Assembly: GCA_041663165.1 (NCBI GenBank)
Contig: JBAZRF010000002.1
Span: 37,043 to 101,042, forward strand
Direction of reading: 5' to 3'
DNA length: 64,000 nt
DNA from: Minisyncoccota bacterium
Lineage (GTDB): Bacteria; Patescibacteriota; Minisyncoccia; Phycocordibacterales; XYD1-FULL-46-19
Of the stretch, positions 38,201-48,219 are shown in pieces (the stretch's first letter is position 1; each line of letters begins with the position of its first letter). Made by a program: the position numbers and the translations under genes. Below the pieces are notes generated by a model, which was not told the origin of the DNA, did not search any database, and saw only the letters and a list, made by a program, of their open reading frames with translations.

Positions 38201-38847
38201 CCACAATTCATTTTGTCTTAATGGCGACAGCCAAATTATTAGCGCCAGTTGCTCCATTTGTGGCCGAGATGGTTTATCAAGAATTAAAGACTGAAGTCGA
38301 TTCGGAAAGTGTTCATCTTGCCTCTTGGCCGAATTTTTCTTTCCCCGAAGCCGAGACCCTGTTGGCTGATATGCAAAAAGTTCGAGAGATCGTATCGCTA
38401 GGCCTAGAATTTCGCCAGGCCACTAAAATTAAGGTACGTCAGCCGCTGGCGGAGCTTTTAATCCGGGACAATTATTTGGAAAATAAAGAGGAGTATCTCG
38501 GTTTAATTAAAGATGAGCTTAATGTTAAGGCGGTTAATTTCAAATCGGAGATTGAGGATGATGTTTGGTTAGATACTGAAATTACGAGTGATTTGCAGGC
38601 CGAGGGGGCGGTGCGGGAACTTATTCGCCAGGTTCAAGAGATGCGAAAAGCTGAGGGCTTGGCGCCAGGCGAAAAAATTAATTTGGTCATTGAAGCTGAT
38701 AATAATAGTCGGGAGCTGCTGCGTCGATTCGAGGCGGAATTTAAATTAGGAACAACGACGCAAAAAGTTGATTATGCCGTTGTTGGCGAGAGCGATACAA
38801 TTTGGGCAGGCGAGCGGCCGTTCAAAATAAAAATCATTAAACTCTAA
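35293..38847 (+). CDS. ileS: isoleucine--tRNA ligase, type 2, carrying an internal histidine-phosphatase domain insertion
   Basis: HIGH motif PHYGH, KMSKS motif KMSKH, WNISRNRYWATPLPIW; 1184 aa. Confidence 0.9.
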   Translation: MAEETSEVKKSEIAQKEEKILKFWQDNKIFEKTLTKEAPKGEFVFYDGPPFATGTPHYGHILASAIKDAIPRYKTMSGYHVPRRWGWDCHGLPIENIAEKDLKISGKKQIEEIGVKEFNEHARSKVLEYIGEWQKTVDRMGRWVDFEGSYKTMDNSYMESVWWAIKQFNDQGLLYEGTRVLPYCPRCETPIANSEIAMDNSYKDIKDISVTVEFELADEPGTFVLAWTTTPWTLPGNVALAINPGILYVEVEGEVSGNKYILAKSRVETVFKNNFKILREFVGQDLIGKKYKALFNYYVDDKKLENREKGWQIYSADFVTTEDGTGVVHIAPAFGEDDMALAKKEKLPIIWHVDGTGRFKPEVKDFAGDLVKPKDDLAGSPAGHLITDIKVVKYLEDHSLLFDQAKITHSYPHCFRCETPLYYYAIPAWFVDIQKVKADILNLNEQKITWIPEHLKRGRFHNSVESAPDWNISRNRYWATPLPIWKCQQCPEIKIIGSLENLADNQKKSDNKYWAMRHGEAESNVKNLISADPILEDKLTAKGKDEVKESAQKLKGEKINLIISSDFVRTKETAKIVAGELGLKSEQVIFDERLREINPGDFAGQTWKEYNTAFGSRANRINGHLSTGGENYNDIRRRVMAAIYEFDQKYQDQKILIISHGLPLFMFQATTQFLTDEGVAKAPRRGTDFTTGEARSINFFPVPHNDNFELDLHRPYIDEVKLICTCGGEMKRIIEVVDCWLESGSMPFAANNYPFREQKVFDPIKKVGFPAQFIAEYIAQTRTWFYYMLTVSAILFKETSFENVVTTGTVLAENGQKMSKHLNNFPDPWLMFDKYGVDALRLYLLSSPLMKAEDLNFSEKGVVDIGRRVVSRLLNVLSFYKMYVDGGVLEERPRAHLGTRLDNTANILDKWILARLSTTISQVTESLDHYEIDRSVWPVDDFIDDLSTWYLRRSRDRFKEGGKDRDEAIATIHFVLMATAKLLAPVAPFVAEMVYQELKTEVDSESVHLASWPNFSFPEAETLLADMQKVREIVSLGLEFRQATKIKVRQPLAELLIRDNYLENKEEYLGLIKDELNVKAVNFKSEIEDDVWLDTEITSDLQAEGAVRELIRQVQEMRKAEGLAPGEKINLVIEADNNSRELLRRFEAEFKLGTTTQKVDYAVVGESDTIWAGERPFKIKIIKL
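36814..37392 (+). other. inserted histidine phosphatase (phosphoglycerate-mutase-like) domain within ileS, between the IGSLENL segment and DLHRPYID
   Basis: RHGEAESN catalytic motif plus second His in LIISHGLPL. Canonical type-2 IleRS has only ~30 aa at this position. Confidence 0.65.
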
Positions 38848-38851
38848 GCCT

Positions 38852-39439
38852 ATGGCTTATCGCCATTACGATACCGAAGGTTTAATCATTAGCCACCGCA
38901 ATTTAGGCGAGGCAAATCGTCTGTATCAGATCTTAACTCTCGATTTTGGCTTAATCAACGTTCTTGCTCAGGGCGTGCGTCATGATCGATCAAAGTTGCG
39001 CCACCATCTCGAAAATTTCTCTTTCGCTCGTTTGATTTTGGTGCGCGGTCGAGAGTTTTGGCGCGTTGTGGGGGCCAATGATCTTAATTTGCCGGGCAAG
39101 CCTTCGAGGGAGATCCTGTCTTTTTTAAAAAAGATTTCTCTTGTTTTGCAACGTTTGATCCATGGAGAAGAGACAAATTCTCCTATTTATCAAGACTTAA
39201 AACAGGCTTCCTTGCTGCTTGGGGACGGTGACTCACAAGCTAAAGATTGTCTTGTCGACCTAGAGATCTTTATTATGGTTCGTATTTTGATAAAGCTTGG
39301 ATACTTAGTCCCCCTGCCCGAATTAAAAAATATTTTTTCACCGCCAACCTTCTCGTGGCTCGAGGTCGGCAAAGTTAAGGATTTCAAATCTCTGCTAATA
39401 AAACAAATCAATCAGGCCTTAGAAGTTACCCAGCTATAA
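38852..39439 (+). CDS. recO: DNA repair protein RecO (short form)
   Basis: N-terminal OB-fold pattern EGLIISHRNLGEANRLYQILTLDFG. Confidence 0.55.
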   Translation: MAYRHYDTEGLIISHRNLGEANRLYQILTLDFGLINVLAQGVRHDRSKLRHHLENFSFARLILVRGREFWRVVGANDLNLPGKPSREILSFLKKISLVLQRLIHGEETNSPIYQDLKQASLLLGDGDSQAKDCLVDLEIFIMVRILIKLGYLVPLPELKNIFSPPTFSWLEVGKVKDFKSLLIKQINQALEVTQL

Positions 39440-39470
39440 CGTTTTTATTCTTTATGTTATTATTCTAGCA

Positions 39471-41402
39471 ATGGATGACTCCAATAAACCTGAACAATTA
39501 AGCAGCCTAGACAAATTTAAAAGACGCCTTGAGCGTAGAGATGGGGATCAATCCAGCTTTAAATCTACCCTTTTACCCCCCAAAGATTTTAAGGTTAGTA
39601 ATGATTGGGCCGAGGATCAATTTACGGCCGTTGATCATGGACCAGCTATCGCCAAAAGGACAAATACTTTTCTCTGGCGTTTGTTTTGGGGCTCCTCTTT
39701 CTTTTTTTTGGTGACCGTCGCTATAGCAATTTACGCTCTGTTTTTCAGCACCAACGTTATTTCTGGCAATAATATCGACCTCTTGGTTAAAGGGCCAGCT
39801 CAAATTCGTTCCGGCGACGAGCTTAACTTGCAGACAACAATTGTTAATAAAAATAAAGCTATCTTGAACTCGGTCAACCTGGTCTTTAGTTATCCGTCGG
39901 GAACGATGGATCCGCTCTCTCCCAATCAAGAATTGCCTATTTGGCGCGAAAAATTAAATGATCTAAACCCCGGCCAAACTATAGATGTTGCCAGCCGGGC
40001 CGTTGTTTTTGGTGGACAAAATACTACTCGGGAAATCAAAATTGTTTTAGAGTATCGAATTCCAGACTCTAACGCGCTTTTCACCAAGGAGAAAATTTAT
40101 ACCGTAACGATCGGATCATCCTCTCTTGACTTAGCCCTAAAAATGCCGACTGAAACTAATATTGGCAAAGAATTCACGGGGACCCTACGGGTTGTTTCTA
40201 ATGCGCAGAGTCTTTTGCGTAATTGTACGATTCGCTTTGAATGGCCGGAAGGTTTTGTTTTTAAAACCGCCGACCCGGCACCCTCGGAAAGCGATAACGC
40301 TTGGTTTCTTGGAGATCTTGTCCCGGGGATGGAAAAAGAAATTAATTTTACCGGAACCTTGTCTGGCCAAAGCGGCGACGTTAAACCATTTAAAGTTTTA
40401 GCGGGGTTAGCCTCGAATGGGGGGAAGGACCAAATGACGCTTGAATATGGCAATCTTTTTCAAACGATTAATCTAAGAAAAGATTTTGTTTCTGCCGACA
40501 TTTTCTTGGTTGATAAAAATGGCAATAACCCAATTGTTTTTCCTGGCGGGATTTTATCTGGCTATGTCAGCTGGTTTAACAATTTGGATGACAAAATTGT
40601 TGACGGCTCTTTTAATTTAAGATTACAAGGAGATTTAATTGACAAAAGAACGGTTCAGGCTAGTTCTGGCTTTTACAACTCAATAGACAACACCATTTCA
40701 TGGGATGAGAGAATTCTTCCGAGTCTTAAAGAAATTTTTCCTAACGGCGAGGGACAAACAAATTTCAAGTTCGACCTTTCTCCTTTGCTGGGGTCAGTAA
40801 ATTCTAAAAGTCAGGAAATAAACTTAAAACTTACTTTTCGAGGAACGAGAGTCATTGGCGAAAATCAAACCGAAGAAGTCGTTACTCAATCAGAAAAAAC
40901 TGTAAAAATTAGCACCTTGGCTAAATTTGTGGCAAATGGTGTCTATCACACCGGCCCTTTCAAAAATACCGGCCCCCTCCCTCCCAAGGTGGGGCAAGAG
41001 ACAACTTACACGATTAACTGGGTCGTGACGAACACAATAAATGATCTAGGGGATGTTGTCGTGCGAACAATTTTGCCGCCCGCTACTAAGTGGCTCAGTC
41101 TAGTCTCTCCCCTTGACGAAAAAGTTGTTTACAATCAAACTAACGGGGAGGTGGTTTGGAATTTGGGTAAGGTTGCTGCCGGTACCGGAGATAGCTCGCC
41201 GGCCAGACAAGTTTCTTTCCAAATCTCTTTACTCCCCAGCCTGAGTCATGTTGGGAAAGCTTTTGATTTGACAGGCCGAACAACTTTTGATGGTAAAGAT
41301 CTCTACACTGGTGCCGTGATTTCTCAGGAGACCCCTCCTGTTTCAACAATGCTCCTGACCGACCCGAATTTTGTTATCGGACAAGAAATAGTCACTGAAT
41401 AA
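39471..41402 (+). CDS. membrane-anchored cell-surface protein with repeated beta-sandwich (DUF11-like) domains
   Basis: single TM after charged N-terminus; repeated motifs such as TINWVVTNTINDLGDVVV. Confidence 0.45.
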   Translation: MDDSNKPEQLSSLDKFKRRLERRDGDQSSFKSTLLPPKDFKVSNDWAEDQFTAVDHGPAIAKRTNTFLWRLFWGSSFFFLVTVAIAIYALFFSTNVISGNNIDLLVKGPAQIRSGDELNLQTTIVNKNKAILNSVNLVFSYPSGTMDPLSPNQELPIWREKLNDLNPGQTIDVASRAVVFGGQNTTREIKIVLEYRIPDSNALFTKEKIYTVTIGSSSLDLALKMPTETNIGKEFTGTLRVVSNAQSLLRNCTIRFEWPEGFVFKTADPAPSESDNAWFLGDLVPGMEKEINFTGTLSGQSGDVKPFKVLAGLASNGGKDQMTLEYGNLFQTINLRKDFVSADIFLVDKNGNNPIVFPGGILSGYVSWFNNLDDKIVDGSFNLRLQGDLIDKRTVQASSGFYNSIDNTISWDERILPSLKEIFPNGEGQTNFKFDLSPLLGSVNSKSQEINLKLTFRGTRVIGENQTEEVVTQSEKTVKISTLAKFVANGVYHTGPFKNTGPLPPKVGQETTYTINWVVTNTINDLGDVVVRTILPPATKWLSLVSPLDEKVVYNQTNGEVVWNLGKVAAGTGDSSPARQVSFQISLLPSLSHVGKAFDLTGRTTFDGKDLYTGAVISQETPPVSTMLLTDPNFVIGQEIVTE

Positions 41403-41409
41403 AAATTTT

Positions 41410-42759
41410 ATGGCTGAAAAAAATAAAAATGAATTAATGGAAAAAATTGTCTCGCTTTGCAAGCGTCGCGGGTTTATTTTCCCTGGTTCGGAAATTTATG
41501 GCGGATTATCGGGTATTTATGATTACGGTCCACTTGGTGTTGAGTTGCGTCATAATCTTAAGCAATATTTTTGGGATAAATTTATTGGTGAGCGCGAAGA
41601 TGTTTATGGCCTTTCCGCGGCGATTCTAATGCCCGCGCGGGTCTGGGAGGCCTCGGGCCATACGGAGCTTTTTACTGATCCACTGGTGGAGTGCAAAATT
41701 TGCCATGAGCGCGTGCGCGCTGATCAGCCAGAAGCAATTATCGATCACGAGGCCAAACATAAAGAAAAAGTTGATTGGTCCGAACCAAGCATCTTTAATC
41801 TTTTAGTTGGTACCAAACTCGGCGCCTCAGAAAAAAGCGCCACGGATGTTAATTTGCGGGGTGAGATTACTCAAGGCGTGCATGTTAATTTTAAAAATGT
41901 TCTTGATTCGATGCATCCCAAGATTCCGTTTGGTGTTGGTCAAATCGGCAAGGCTTTTCGCAACGAAATTACTCCGCGTGATTTTCTGTTTCGTCAGCGT
42001 GAATTTGAACAAATGGAATTGCAGTTCTATGTCCGGCCTAATGAAGCAGAGGGGGATAAGTGGTACTCATACTGGAAGCAATTTGCTTTTGATTGGTATC
42101 TCAACCTAGGTTTTAAGAAAGAGAATTTGCGCTGGCGTCAGCACGAACCTGATGAATTGGCGCATTATGCCAAAGACGCCTGGGATATCGAATACAATGT
42201 TCTCGGTCTTGGCTGGAAAGAGGGGATGGGCGTTCATCATCGCCAAGACTGGGATTTAAGACGTCATTCCGAATATTCAAAAATCGATTTATCATATTAC
42301 GACGAAGCGACAAAAGAAAAATTTATTCCCTGGGATATTGAATGCTCGGGTGGAGTAGACCGTGCCGTTCTCTTTCTATTGCTTGAGGCCTATACTGAAG
42401 ATGAACTGGGCGGGGAGCCAAGAAGTTATCTAAAATTTAATTATCAAATGGCGCCAATCAAAGTGGCGGTGTTTCCCTTGCTTAAAAATAAGCCAGAACT
42501 GGTGGCTAAAGCGCAAACGGTTTACCAGACTCTAAAGAAAGAAATTAAACAAGTTGCTTTTGACGATAACGGCAATATTGGCAAACGCTATCGTCGACAG
42601 GACGAGATTGGTACGCCCTATTGTGTTACCATCGATTTCGACACTCTCGGTGAGAATTCTGACCTTCTCGACACAGTTACTGTTCGTGACCGTGATACTG
42701 GCGAACAGCAACGTCTCAGGACTGCCGATTTGCTGGAGTTTTTCAAGGCCAAGGCTTAA
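41410..42759 (+). CDS. glyQS: glycine--tRNA ligase (alpha2 homodimeric type)
   Basis: class II motifs, GSEIYGGLSGIYDYGPLG. Confidence 0.9.
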   Translation: MAEKNKNELMEKIVSLCKRRGFIFPGSEIYGGLSGIYDYGPLGVELRHNLKQYFWDKFIGEREDVYGLSAAILMPARVWEASGHTELFTDPLVECKICHERVRADQPEAIIDHEAKHKEKVDWSEPSIFNLLVGTKLGASEKSATDVNLRGEITQGVHVNFKNVLDSMHPKIPFGVGQIGKAFRNEITPRDFLFRQREFEQMELQFYVRPNEAEGDKWYSYWKQFAFDWYLNLGFKKENLRWRQHEPDELAHYAKDAWDIEYNVLGLGWKEGMGVHHRQDWDLRRHSEYSKIDLSYYDEATKEKFIPWDIECSGGVDRAVLFLLLEAYTEDELGGEPRSYLKFNYQMAPIKVAVFPLLKNKPELVAKAQTVYQTLKKEIKQVAFDDNGNIGKRYRRQDEIGTPYCVTIDFDTLGENSDLLDTVTVRDRDTGEQQRLRTADLLEFFKAKA

Positions 42760-42797
42760 CTTTACTTATCTCGTAAAATATGTTACTGTAGCGGGAC

Positions 42798-44072
42798 ATG
42801 AGTTGCCGCTTAACTAAATTGAAGAATGGGGTGACGATTTTGACGGTTCCGCAGCCGGAAGCTTTGTCGGTCTCGGTAATGATTCTGGCTGATGCCGGGT
42901 CTAAAGACGAGAATGAGAAAAATTCGGGCATCTCTCATTTTTTAGAGCACATGGGTTTTAAGGGGACAGTTCGTCGACCCCGGACGATGGACCTCTCGAG
43001 CGAATTTGACGCTCTTGGTGCCAGTTATAATGCCTTTACCGTTCATGACTCAACGGCCTACTATGTTACCGTCATTCCCGATAAGATCGAGCCTGCCGTT
43101 GATCTCTTGGCGGATATGTATCTCCACTCGACTTACCCTGAAGAAGAGTTGTCTAAAGAGCGCGGGGTTATCATTGAAGAGATCAAACTTTATGAGGATC
43201 AGCCGACCTCTTTTGTTTGGGATGTCTTTTCCAAATTAGCCTATGCCGGTACGTCGGCCGGACGGCTCATTATTGGAGATCGCGAAACTGTCTCAAATAT
43301 TACTCGCGAGAACCTTTTGGCCTATCGGGATAAACATTATTCAGCCACTGCCACCATTGTTATTGTTGTGGGTAATTTTGACGAGGAATCGATGGTTAAG
43401 TTATTAAGTGAAAAATTTTCTTCTTTGCTTACGGGTGAGAAAAAAAATATTAAAGCTGTGACCGAAGACCAAGCTGAACCTCGAATTGAATTATCGGTGC
43501 GTCCGATTGAACAAAGTCACATTGTTCTCGGCTTTAAGTCGGTTAGTTTGTTTGATGATCGGTTTTATCCTCTAACTGTTTTGGCCAGTGTCTTAGGTGG
43601 GGGTATGAGTTCCCGTTTGTTTCAAAAAATTCGCGAAGAATTGGGTGCAGCCTATTATATTGGCGCCGGCCAGTTTTCGCATATGGACCATGGTTACCTT
43701 GCTGTTTATTCCGGTGTGGACGCCCCAAAGCTTAACTTGGTTGTCGGCGCCATAATGGACGAAATTAAAAAAATAAAAACTGAAATTATTTCGGAGGCAG
43801 AACTTCGTCGAGTTAAAGATCGTCTTGTTGGTAATTTGTTTTTGGGTCTTGAAACGCCGTCTGATCAAACATATTTTTATGGCGAGCAAGCGATTTTGCG
43901 AGAAGAAATTTTGTCGCTTAAACAATATGTCGAAAAGATTCGGGCGGTAACCGCCGAGGAGCTCAAGACGCTTGCTGAAGAGATTTTTCAGCCGGCTCAC
44001 TTAAGCTTGGCGATCGTTGGTCCAGACTGTCCGTTGGAGGAGATTAAAGGTATAATTAACTCTGCAGAGTAA
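42798..44072 (+). CDS. M16-family zinc peptidase (insulinase-like)
   Basis: inverted zinc motif HFLEH. Confidence 0.8.
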   Translation: MSCRLTKLKNGVTILTVPQPEALSVSVMILADAGSKDENEKNSGISHFLEHMGFKGTVRRPRTMDLSSEFDALGASYNAFTVHDSTAYYVTVIPDKIEPAVDLLADMYLHSTYPEEELSKERGVIIEEIKLYEDQPTSFVWDVFSKLAYAGTSAGRLIIGDRETVSNITRENLLAYRDKHYSATATIVIVVGNFDEESMVKLLSEKFSSLLTGEKKNIKAVTEDQAEPRIELSVRPIEQSHIVLGFKSVSLFDDRFYPLTVLASVLGGGMSSRLFQKIREELGAAYYIGAGQFSHMDHGYLAVYSGVDAPKLNLVVGAIMDEIKKIKTEIISEAELRRVKDRLVGNLFLGLETPSDQTYFYGEQAILREEILSLKQYVEKIRAVTAEELKTLAEEIFQPAHLSLAIVGPDCPLEEIKGIINSAE

Positions 44073-44081
44073 ACGTAGTAA

Positions 44082-45125
44082 ATGGAAGAGATAAAAAATA
44101 TCAGAATAAACATTAACTCAGGGACCATTATTAAGGCGCTTATCGTCTTGGCTGTGGCTTGGGCGGTATATGTATTGCGTGGTACGGTCTTGGTTTTGTT
44201 AACCGCGGTCGTTATCGCTTCGGCTGTTGATCCGGCTGCCAGTTGGTTTGTTAAATATAAAATTCCGCGCGTTTTTGCCGTTCTCTTGGTTTATGTTATC
44301 GCCCTCTCAATTATTATCGGAACGTTGTTTTTCTTTCTTCCCCCGCTTTTCGAAGATTTCTCAGATATCGCCTTTAAAATTCCTGCCCAGATTAATTCTT
44401 TAATAAATGATAATCCTACCTGGAGTACGGCCGTCTCAATGTTCGGTAACTTTTCGACTAAATTTTCAGTCCAAGACATTGTCGGTTCCAGCTTATTCAA
44501 CTCATCTTTGCCCAAAAATGCCATTGAATTAACGAGGTCCATTTTCTCAAGCATTTTTGATTTTATCTTGATTGTCGTTATCTCTTTTTATCTGGCGGTT
44601 CAAAAAAATGGTGTTGAGAACTTTTTGCGCATAATCATCCCCTCACGACAAGAAGAATACATCATTAGTCTTTGGAATCGAACTGAGGCCAAAATTGGCC
44701 GCTGGATGCAGGGCCAATTACTCTTGGCCGTGATTATTGGCCCACTGGTCTTTCTCGGGCTAACCCTTTTCCAAGTAAAATATGCCTTGACCCTGGCAAT
44801 TGTTGCTTCGGTTTTTGAAATCATCCCTATTTTTGGCCCAATTCTGTCGGCGGTGCCAGCTGTTATTTTTGGTTTTGGTGACAGCGTCACCCTCGGCTTG
44901 ATCTTGATTGGGTTCTACTTAATAATTCATCAATTCGAAAACCATTTACTTTACCCCCTGGTGGTCAAAAAAATTATTGGCGTTAACCCGTTAATTGTTA
45001 TTATTTCCTTGATTGTTGGCTATGAGCTAGTTGGCTTTTTGGGAATTATTTTGGCCGTTCCGTTGGCCACCCTATTGATGGAGTTAATTGGTGATCTTGA
45101 AAAGCGAAAACATCCTAATGCCTAA
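44082..45125 (+). CDS. AI-2E family transporter (UPF0118, PerM/YdiK-like)
   Basis: 8 TM, conserved C-terminal IIHQFENHLLYPLVV region. Confidence 0.7.
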   Translation: MEEIKNIRININSGTIIKALIVLAVAWAVYVLRGTVLVLLTAVVIASAVDPAASWFVKYKIPRVFAVLLVYVIALSIIIGTLFFFLPPLFEDFSDIAFKIPAQINSLINDNPTWSTAVSMFGNFSTKFSVQDIVGSSLFNSSLPKNAIELTRSIFSSIFDFILIVVISFYLAVQKNGVENFLRIIIPSRQEEYIISLWNRTEAKIGRWMQGQLLLAVIIGPLVFLGLTLFQVKYALTLAIVASVFEIIPIFGPILSAVPAVIFGFGDSVTLGLILIGFYLIIHQFENHLLYPLVVKKIIGVNPLIVIISLIVGYELVGFLGIILAVPLATLLMELIGDLEKRKHPNA

Positions 45126-46548
45126 ACCGTTTTATATCACTACCACTTTGCCCTATGTTAACGCTCCGCTTCATCTGGGGCATGCGCTTGAGTTCGTGCG
45201 CGCCGATGCTATTGCTCGATACAAAAAACTGGCCGGTTTTGATGTTTATTTCAATACCGGTACCGATGAGCATGGCAAAAAAAATTACGACAAGGCGCTT
45301 GAGAAAGGATTAAGCCCTCAGGAATTTGTTGATCAAGGGTTTGCTACTTTTCAAGACCAACTGAAAATGTTTGGGGTGAGCGCCGATATCCATTTTGTTC
45401 GAACGACTGATGCGCACCACAAATTAGCCGCCCAAGAATTTTGGCGGCGAGTGCGAGATAACGGCTACATTTACAAAAAAAATTATCAGGCTAAATATTG
45501 CGTTGGTTGTGAAAGTGAAAAAACTGATTCTGAACTAAACGACCAGGGCGAATGCCTCTTGCACCCAGGCCGACCACTCGAGCTTATTGACGAAGAAAAT
45601 TATTTTTTTAAGTACTCGGCTTTTGGCGACAAGTTGCTAAAGTTTTATGGCGAGCATCCCAATTTCGTTGTTCCGGACTGGCGCTTGAATGAAATAAAAA
45701 ATTTCGTGACCGGTGGCTTGCAAGATTTTTCGATCTCTCGCCTTAAGGCAAAAATGCCCTGGGGGATAGCCGTGCCCGATGACCCGGATCACGTGATGTA
45801 TGTGTGGTTTGACGCTCTCGTTGACTATATCTCAACCTTAGGTTGGCCCGACAGTTTAGAGAATTTTGAAAAATACTGGGTGGATGGAACGCCGACGCAA
45901 TATTGTGGTAAAGACAATAATCGTTTTCAGTCGGCAATGTGGCAAGCGATGCTCTTGGCCGCGGGGTTGCCTAATTCTCACCAGATTATTGTTAATGGCT
46001 TCATTACTGGCGAAGGGGGAGTGCGCATGTCTAAAACCTTGGGCAATGTTATTGACCCTCGCGATATTGCCAAAGAGTATGGCACCGATGCCCTTCGCTA
46101 TTTTCTACTAAGAGAGGTAAACAGCTTTGAAGATAGTCCGTTTACGATTGAACGATTTAAAGAGACCTACAATGCCGGTTTGGCTAATGGCGTTGGTAAT
46201 TTGACGAATAGAATAATGAAAATGGCTGAAACTAACCTTGACGGGCCAGTTGGAGTTGATAGTGTTGGCTATAGATTTCCTGATTATGTAAACGAATTAA
46301 TGGACCAATTCAGAATTGATCTAGCGATGAATTATGTCTGGGCTAAAATTGCCGAGCTAGATCGCGAGATTCAAGAAAAAAAACCATGGGAATCGAAAGA
46401 CAAAGAAGTTATTAAGAACTTGGCCTTGAATCTTTATCGAATCGGCTGTCTACTCAAACCCTTTATGCCAGAAACAGCAGAAAAAATTATTGAAGCTACT
46501 AGAAATAATAAAATGCCTGAAGTCCCGCTCTTTTTGCGCAAAGACTAA
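45118..46548 (+). CDS. metG: methionine--tRNA ligase (short form)
   Basis: HLGHALE (HIGH) and KMSKTLGN (KMSKS). Confidence 0.9.
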   Translation: MPKPFYITTTLPYVNAPLHLGHALEFVRADAIARYKKLAGFDVYFNTGTDEHGKKNYDKALEKGLSPQEFVDQGFATFQDQLKMFGVSADIHFVRTTDAHHKLAAQEFWRRVRDNGYIYKKNYQAKYCVGCESEKTDSELNDQGECLLHPGRPLELIDEENYFFKYSAFGDKLLKFYGEHPNFVVPDWRLNEIKNFVTGGLQDFSISRLKAKMPWGIAVPDDPDHVMYVWFDALVDYISTLGWPDSLENFEKYWVDGTPTQYCGKDNNRFQSAMWQAMLLAAGLPNSHQIIVNGFITGEGGVRMSKTLGNVIDPRDIAKEYGTDALRYFLLREVNSFEDSPFTIERFKETYNAGLANGVGNLTNRIMKMAETNLDGPVGVDSVGYRFPDYVNELMDQFRIDLAMNYVWAKIAELDREIQEKKPWESKDKEVIKNLALNLYRIGCLLKPFMPETAEKIIEATRNNKMPEVPLFLRKD

Positions 46549-46549
46549 A

Positions 46550-47371
46550 ATGATTCCGAAGTTTTTTGACGCGCATACCCACTTAAATATGCAGTTTGAA
46601 CAAGACTGGCAGGAGGTGGGCAAGCGGACAATTGAAAGTGGCACCTGGTTTGTAAATGTTGGCGCTGATGAAAAGTCGTCTAGGTTGGCACTTGAACAAG
46701 TCAAAGAACTTGATGGCGGATCTTGGTGCACCGTAGGTATTCATCCGACCGAAGGAAACGAGAGCGATTTTGAAGTAATAAAAGAATTGGCCAAAAATGA
46801 GAAGGTTGTGGCGATTGGCGAGTGCGGTTTGGAGTATTTTAAAATTGATGATGAAGAAGTAAAAAAGAGACAGTGCGAACTTTTTATTAAGCATATTGAC
46901 CTGGCGCTTGAGGTGGGGAAGCCGTTGATGATTCACTGTCGAGCTAGTTTGAATAATACGGCCGACAATCGCGGGAGCGCCGGCGTCATTGATGCCCACG
47001 AAGATGTGCTAGAAATTTTAAAGGAGTATAAGTCTCAAGTCGGGGATAAATTGCAATTTATCATGCACTTTTTTACGGGCACCTTAGAAGTGGCCAATAA
47101 ATTTGTTGAACTAGGTGGTCGTTTTTCATTTAATGGCGTAATTACCTTCACCAATCAATATGACGAAGTGATAAAAAACATTCCGCTTGATCGAATCCTG
47201 TCCGAAACCGATGCTCCATTCGTGGCGCCGGTACCGCATCGCGGCGAGCGCAACGAACCGGCCTATGTGCAATTTGTCGCTGAACACATCGCCGAATTGC
47301 GCTCCGAACCGCATGGACAGGTTTTAGCGGCTTTAGTTAAAAATGCCGAAAGATTTTACTCGCTAGGCTAA
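46550..47371 (+). CDS. tatD: TatD-family metal-dependent hydrolase
   Basis: FDAHTHL N-terminal motif. Confidence 0.8.
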   Translation: MIPKFFDAHTHLNMQFEQDWQEVGKRTIESGTWFVNVGADEKSSRLALEQVKELDGGSWCTVGIHPTEGNESDFEVIKELAKNEKVVAIGECGLEYFKIDDEEVKKRQCELFIKHIDLALEVGKPLMIHCRASLNNTADNRGSAGVIDAHEDVLEILKEYKSQVGDKLQFIMHFFTGTLEVANKFVELGGRFSFNGVITFTNQYDEVIKNIPLDRILSETDAPFVAPVPHRGERNEPAYVQFVAEHIAELRSEPHGQVLAALVKNAERFYSLG

Positions 47372-47472
47372 AAATCCCTACCCCTAGACAGATTACAAAA
47401 ACCGTGCTAGTAATGTGACCAGAAAAAAACAGGAGGAAACGGCCTCTTGTTCTGTTGAAAAGGAGAGACATC

Positions 47473-48120
47473 ATGTGGTGGCAGAAGGTTCTTGGCTGGG
47501 TTGTCTACCTGGCCGTAATCGGTGTAATGGTGGTCGTGATCAACGCCTTTGCTATCGCCGGGCATCCTGGATGGCCGACTGAGGACGTTTGGGCGGCGGT
47601 AGTATTTATGACTATTCTCTCGGCGATTGCCGGAGTGGTCATGGTTGTGCTCGGCTGGCACGGAAGGTTCGTGCTCGGCCGGACGATATGTCCCGAAGAG
47701 GTGGTGGTCGACAGTACTGGCAATATAACTCTGGTCGGCAGCTCGTGGATCTGGATCTGGCAAAGGCTCAGTTGCCATATCTACAAGATGAAGGGCCAGA
47801 CCTTCTCTTTGAGACTCAAGCCGGTGACGGTCGCTGGTGGCCCGAAGCTTCGCGAGCTTCGTTACTGGGTCACAATCAGTCCGGTCGTTGACGGTCGTCT
47901 CAAGGACCTTCTTGGTTCGCAGTTCCCCGATTGGCAGCGCGAGGCAAAGAGAATGTTATACGATATGAACGAAGAGCTTTGCCGTAATCTTGGGAAGTTC
48001 TTCAACCCCTTGCGCGAAGAACAGCAGCAAGAGTTCTTCGCGCTCGTCTCGGCCTGGCTTGCCGGGAAACTCTCGCCCGGCCTTAGGTGTGAGAAGGCCC
48101 GATTTGGCCTGTTCTCCTGA
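47473..48120 (+). CDS. GC-rich hypothetical membrane protein (2 N-terminal TM + soluble domain), orphan cassette D
   Basis: SD AGGAGA 6 nt before ATG; ~58% GC; hairpin terminator directly after. Confidence 0.5.
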   Translation: MWWQKVLGWVVYLAVIGVMVVVINAFAIAGHPGWPTEDVWAAVVFMTILSAIAGVVMVVLGWHGRFVLGRTICPEEVVVDSTGNITLVGSSWIWIWQRLSCHIYKMKGQTFSLRLKPVTVAGGPKLRELRYWVTISPVVDGRLKDLLGSQFPDWQREAKRMLYDMNEELCRNLGKFFNPLREEQQQEFFALVSAWLAGKLSPGLRCEKARFGLFS

Positions 48121-48139
48121 TCGAGTTTCTGGGAATCAA

Positions 48140-48182
48140 CCCTCCCCGACAGAGCCCTGTCGCGGAGGGTTTTGTCGTTTTA
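48140..48182 (+). terminator. terminator CCCTCCCCGACAG-AGCC-CTGTCGCGGAGGG then TTTTGTCGTTTT
   Basis: 13-bp stem with one mismatch plus T-rich tail. Confidence 0.7.
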
Positions 48183-48190
48183 TTTACCCG

Positions 48191-48219
48191 TTGACTCTTA
48201 AGGAAAAACCTGATAACAT
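48191..48219 (+). promoter_or_regulatory. promoter TTGACT-17-TAACAT with extended TG for rpsF-ssb-rpsR
   Basis: sequence reading. Confidence 0.55.
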
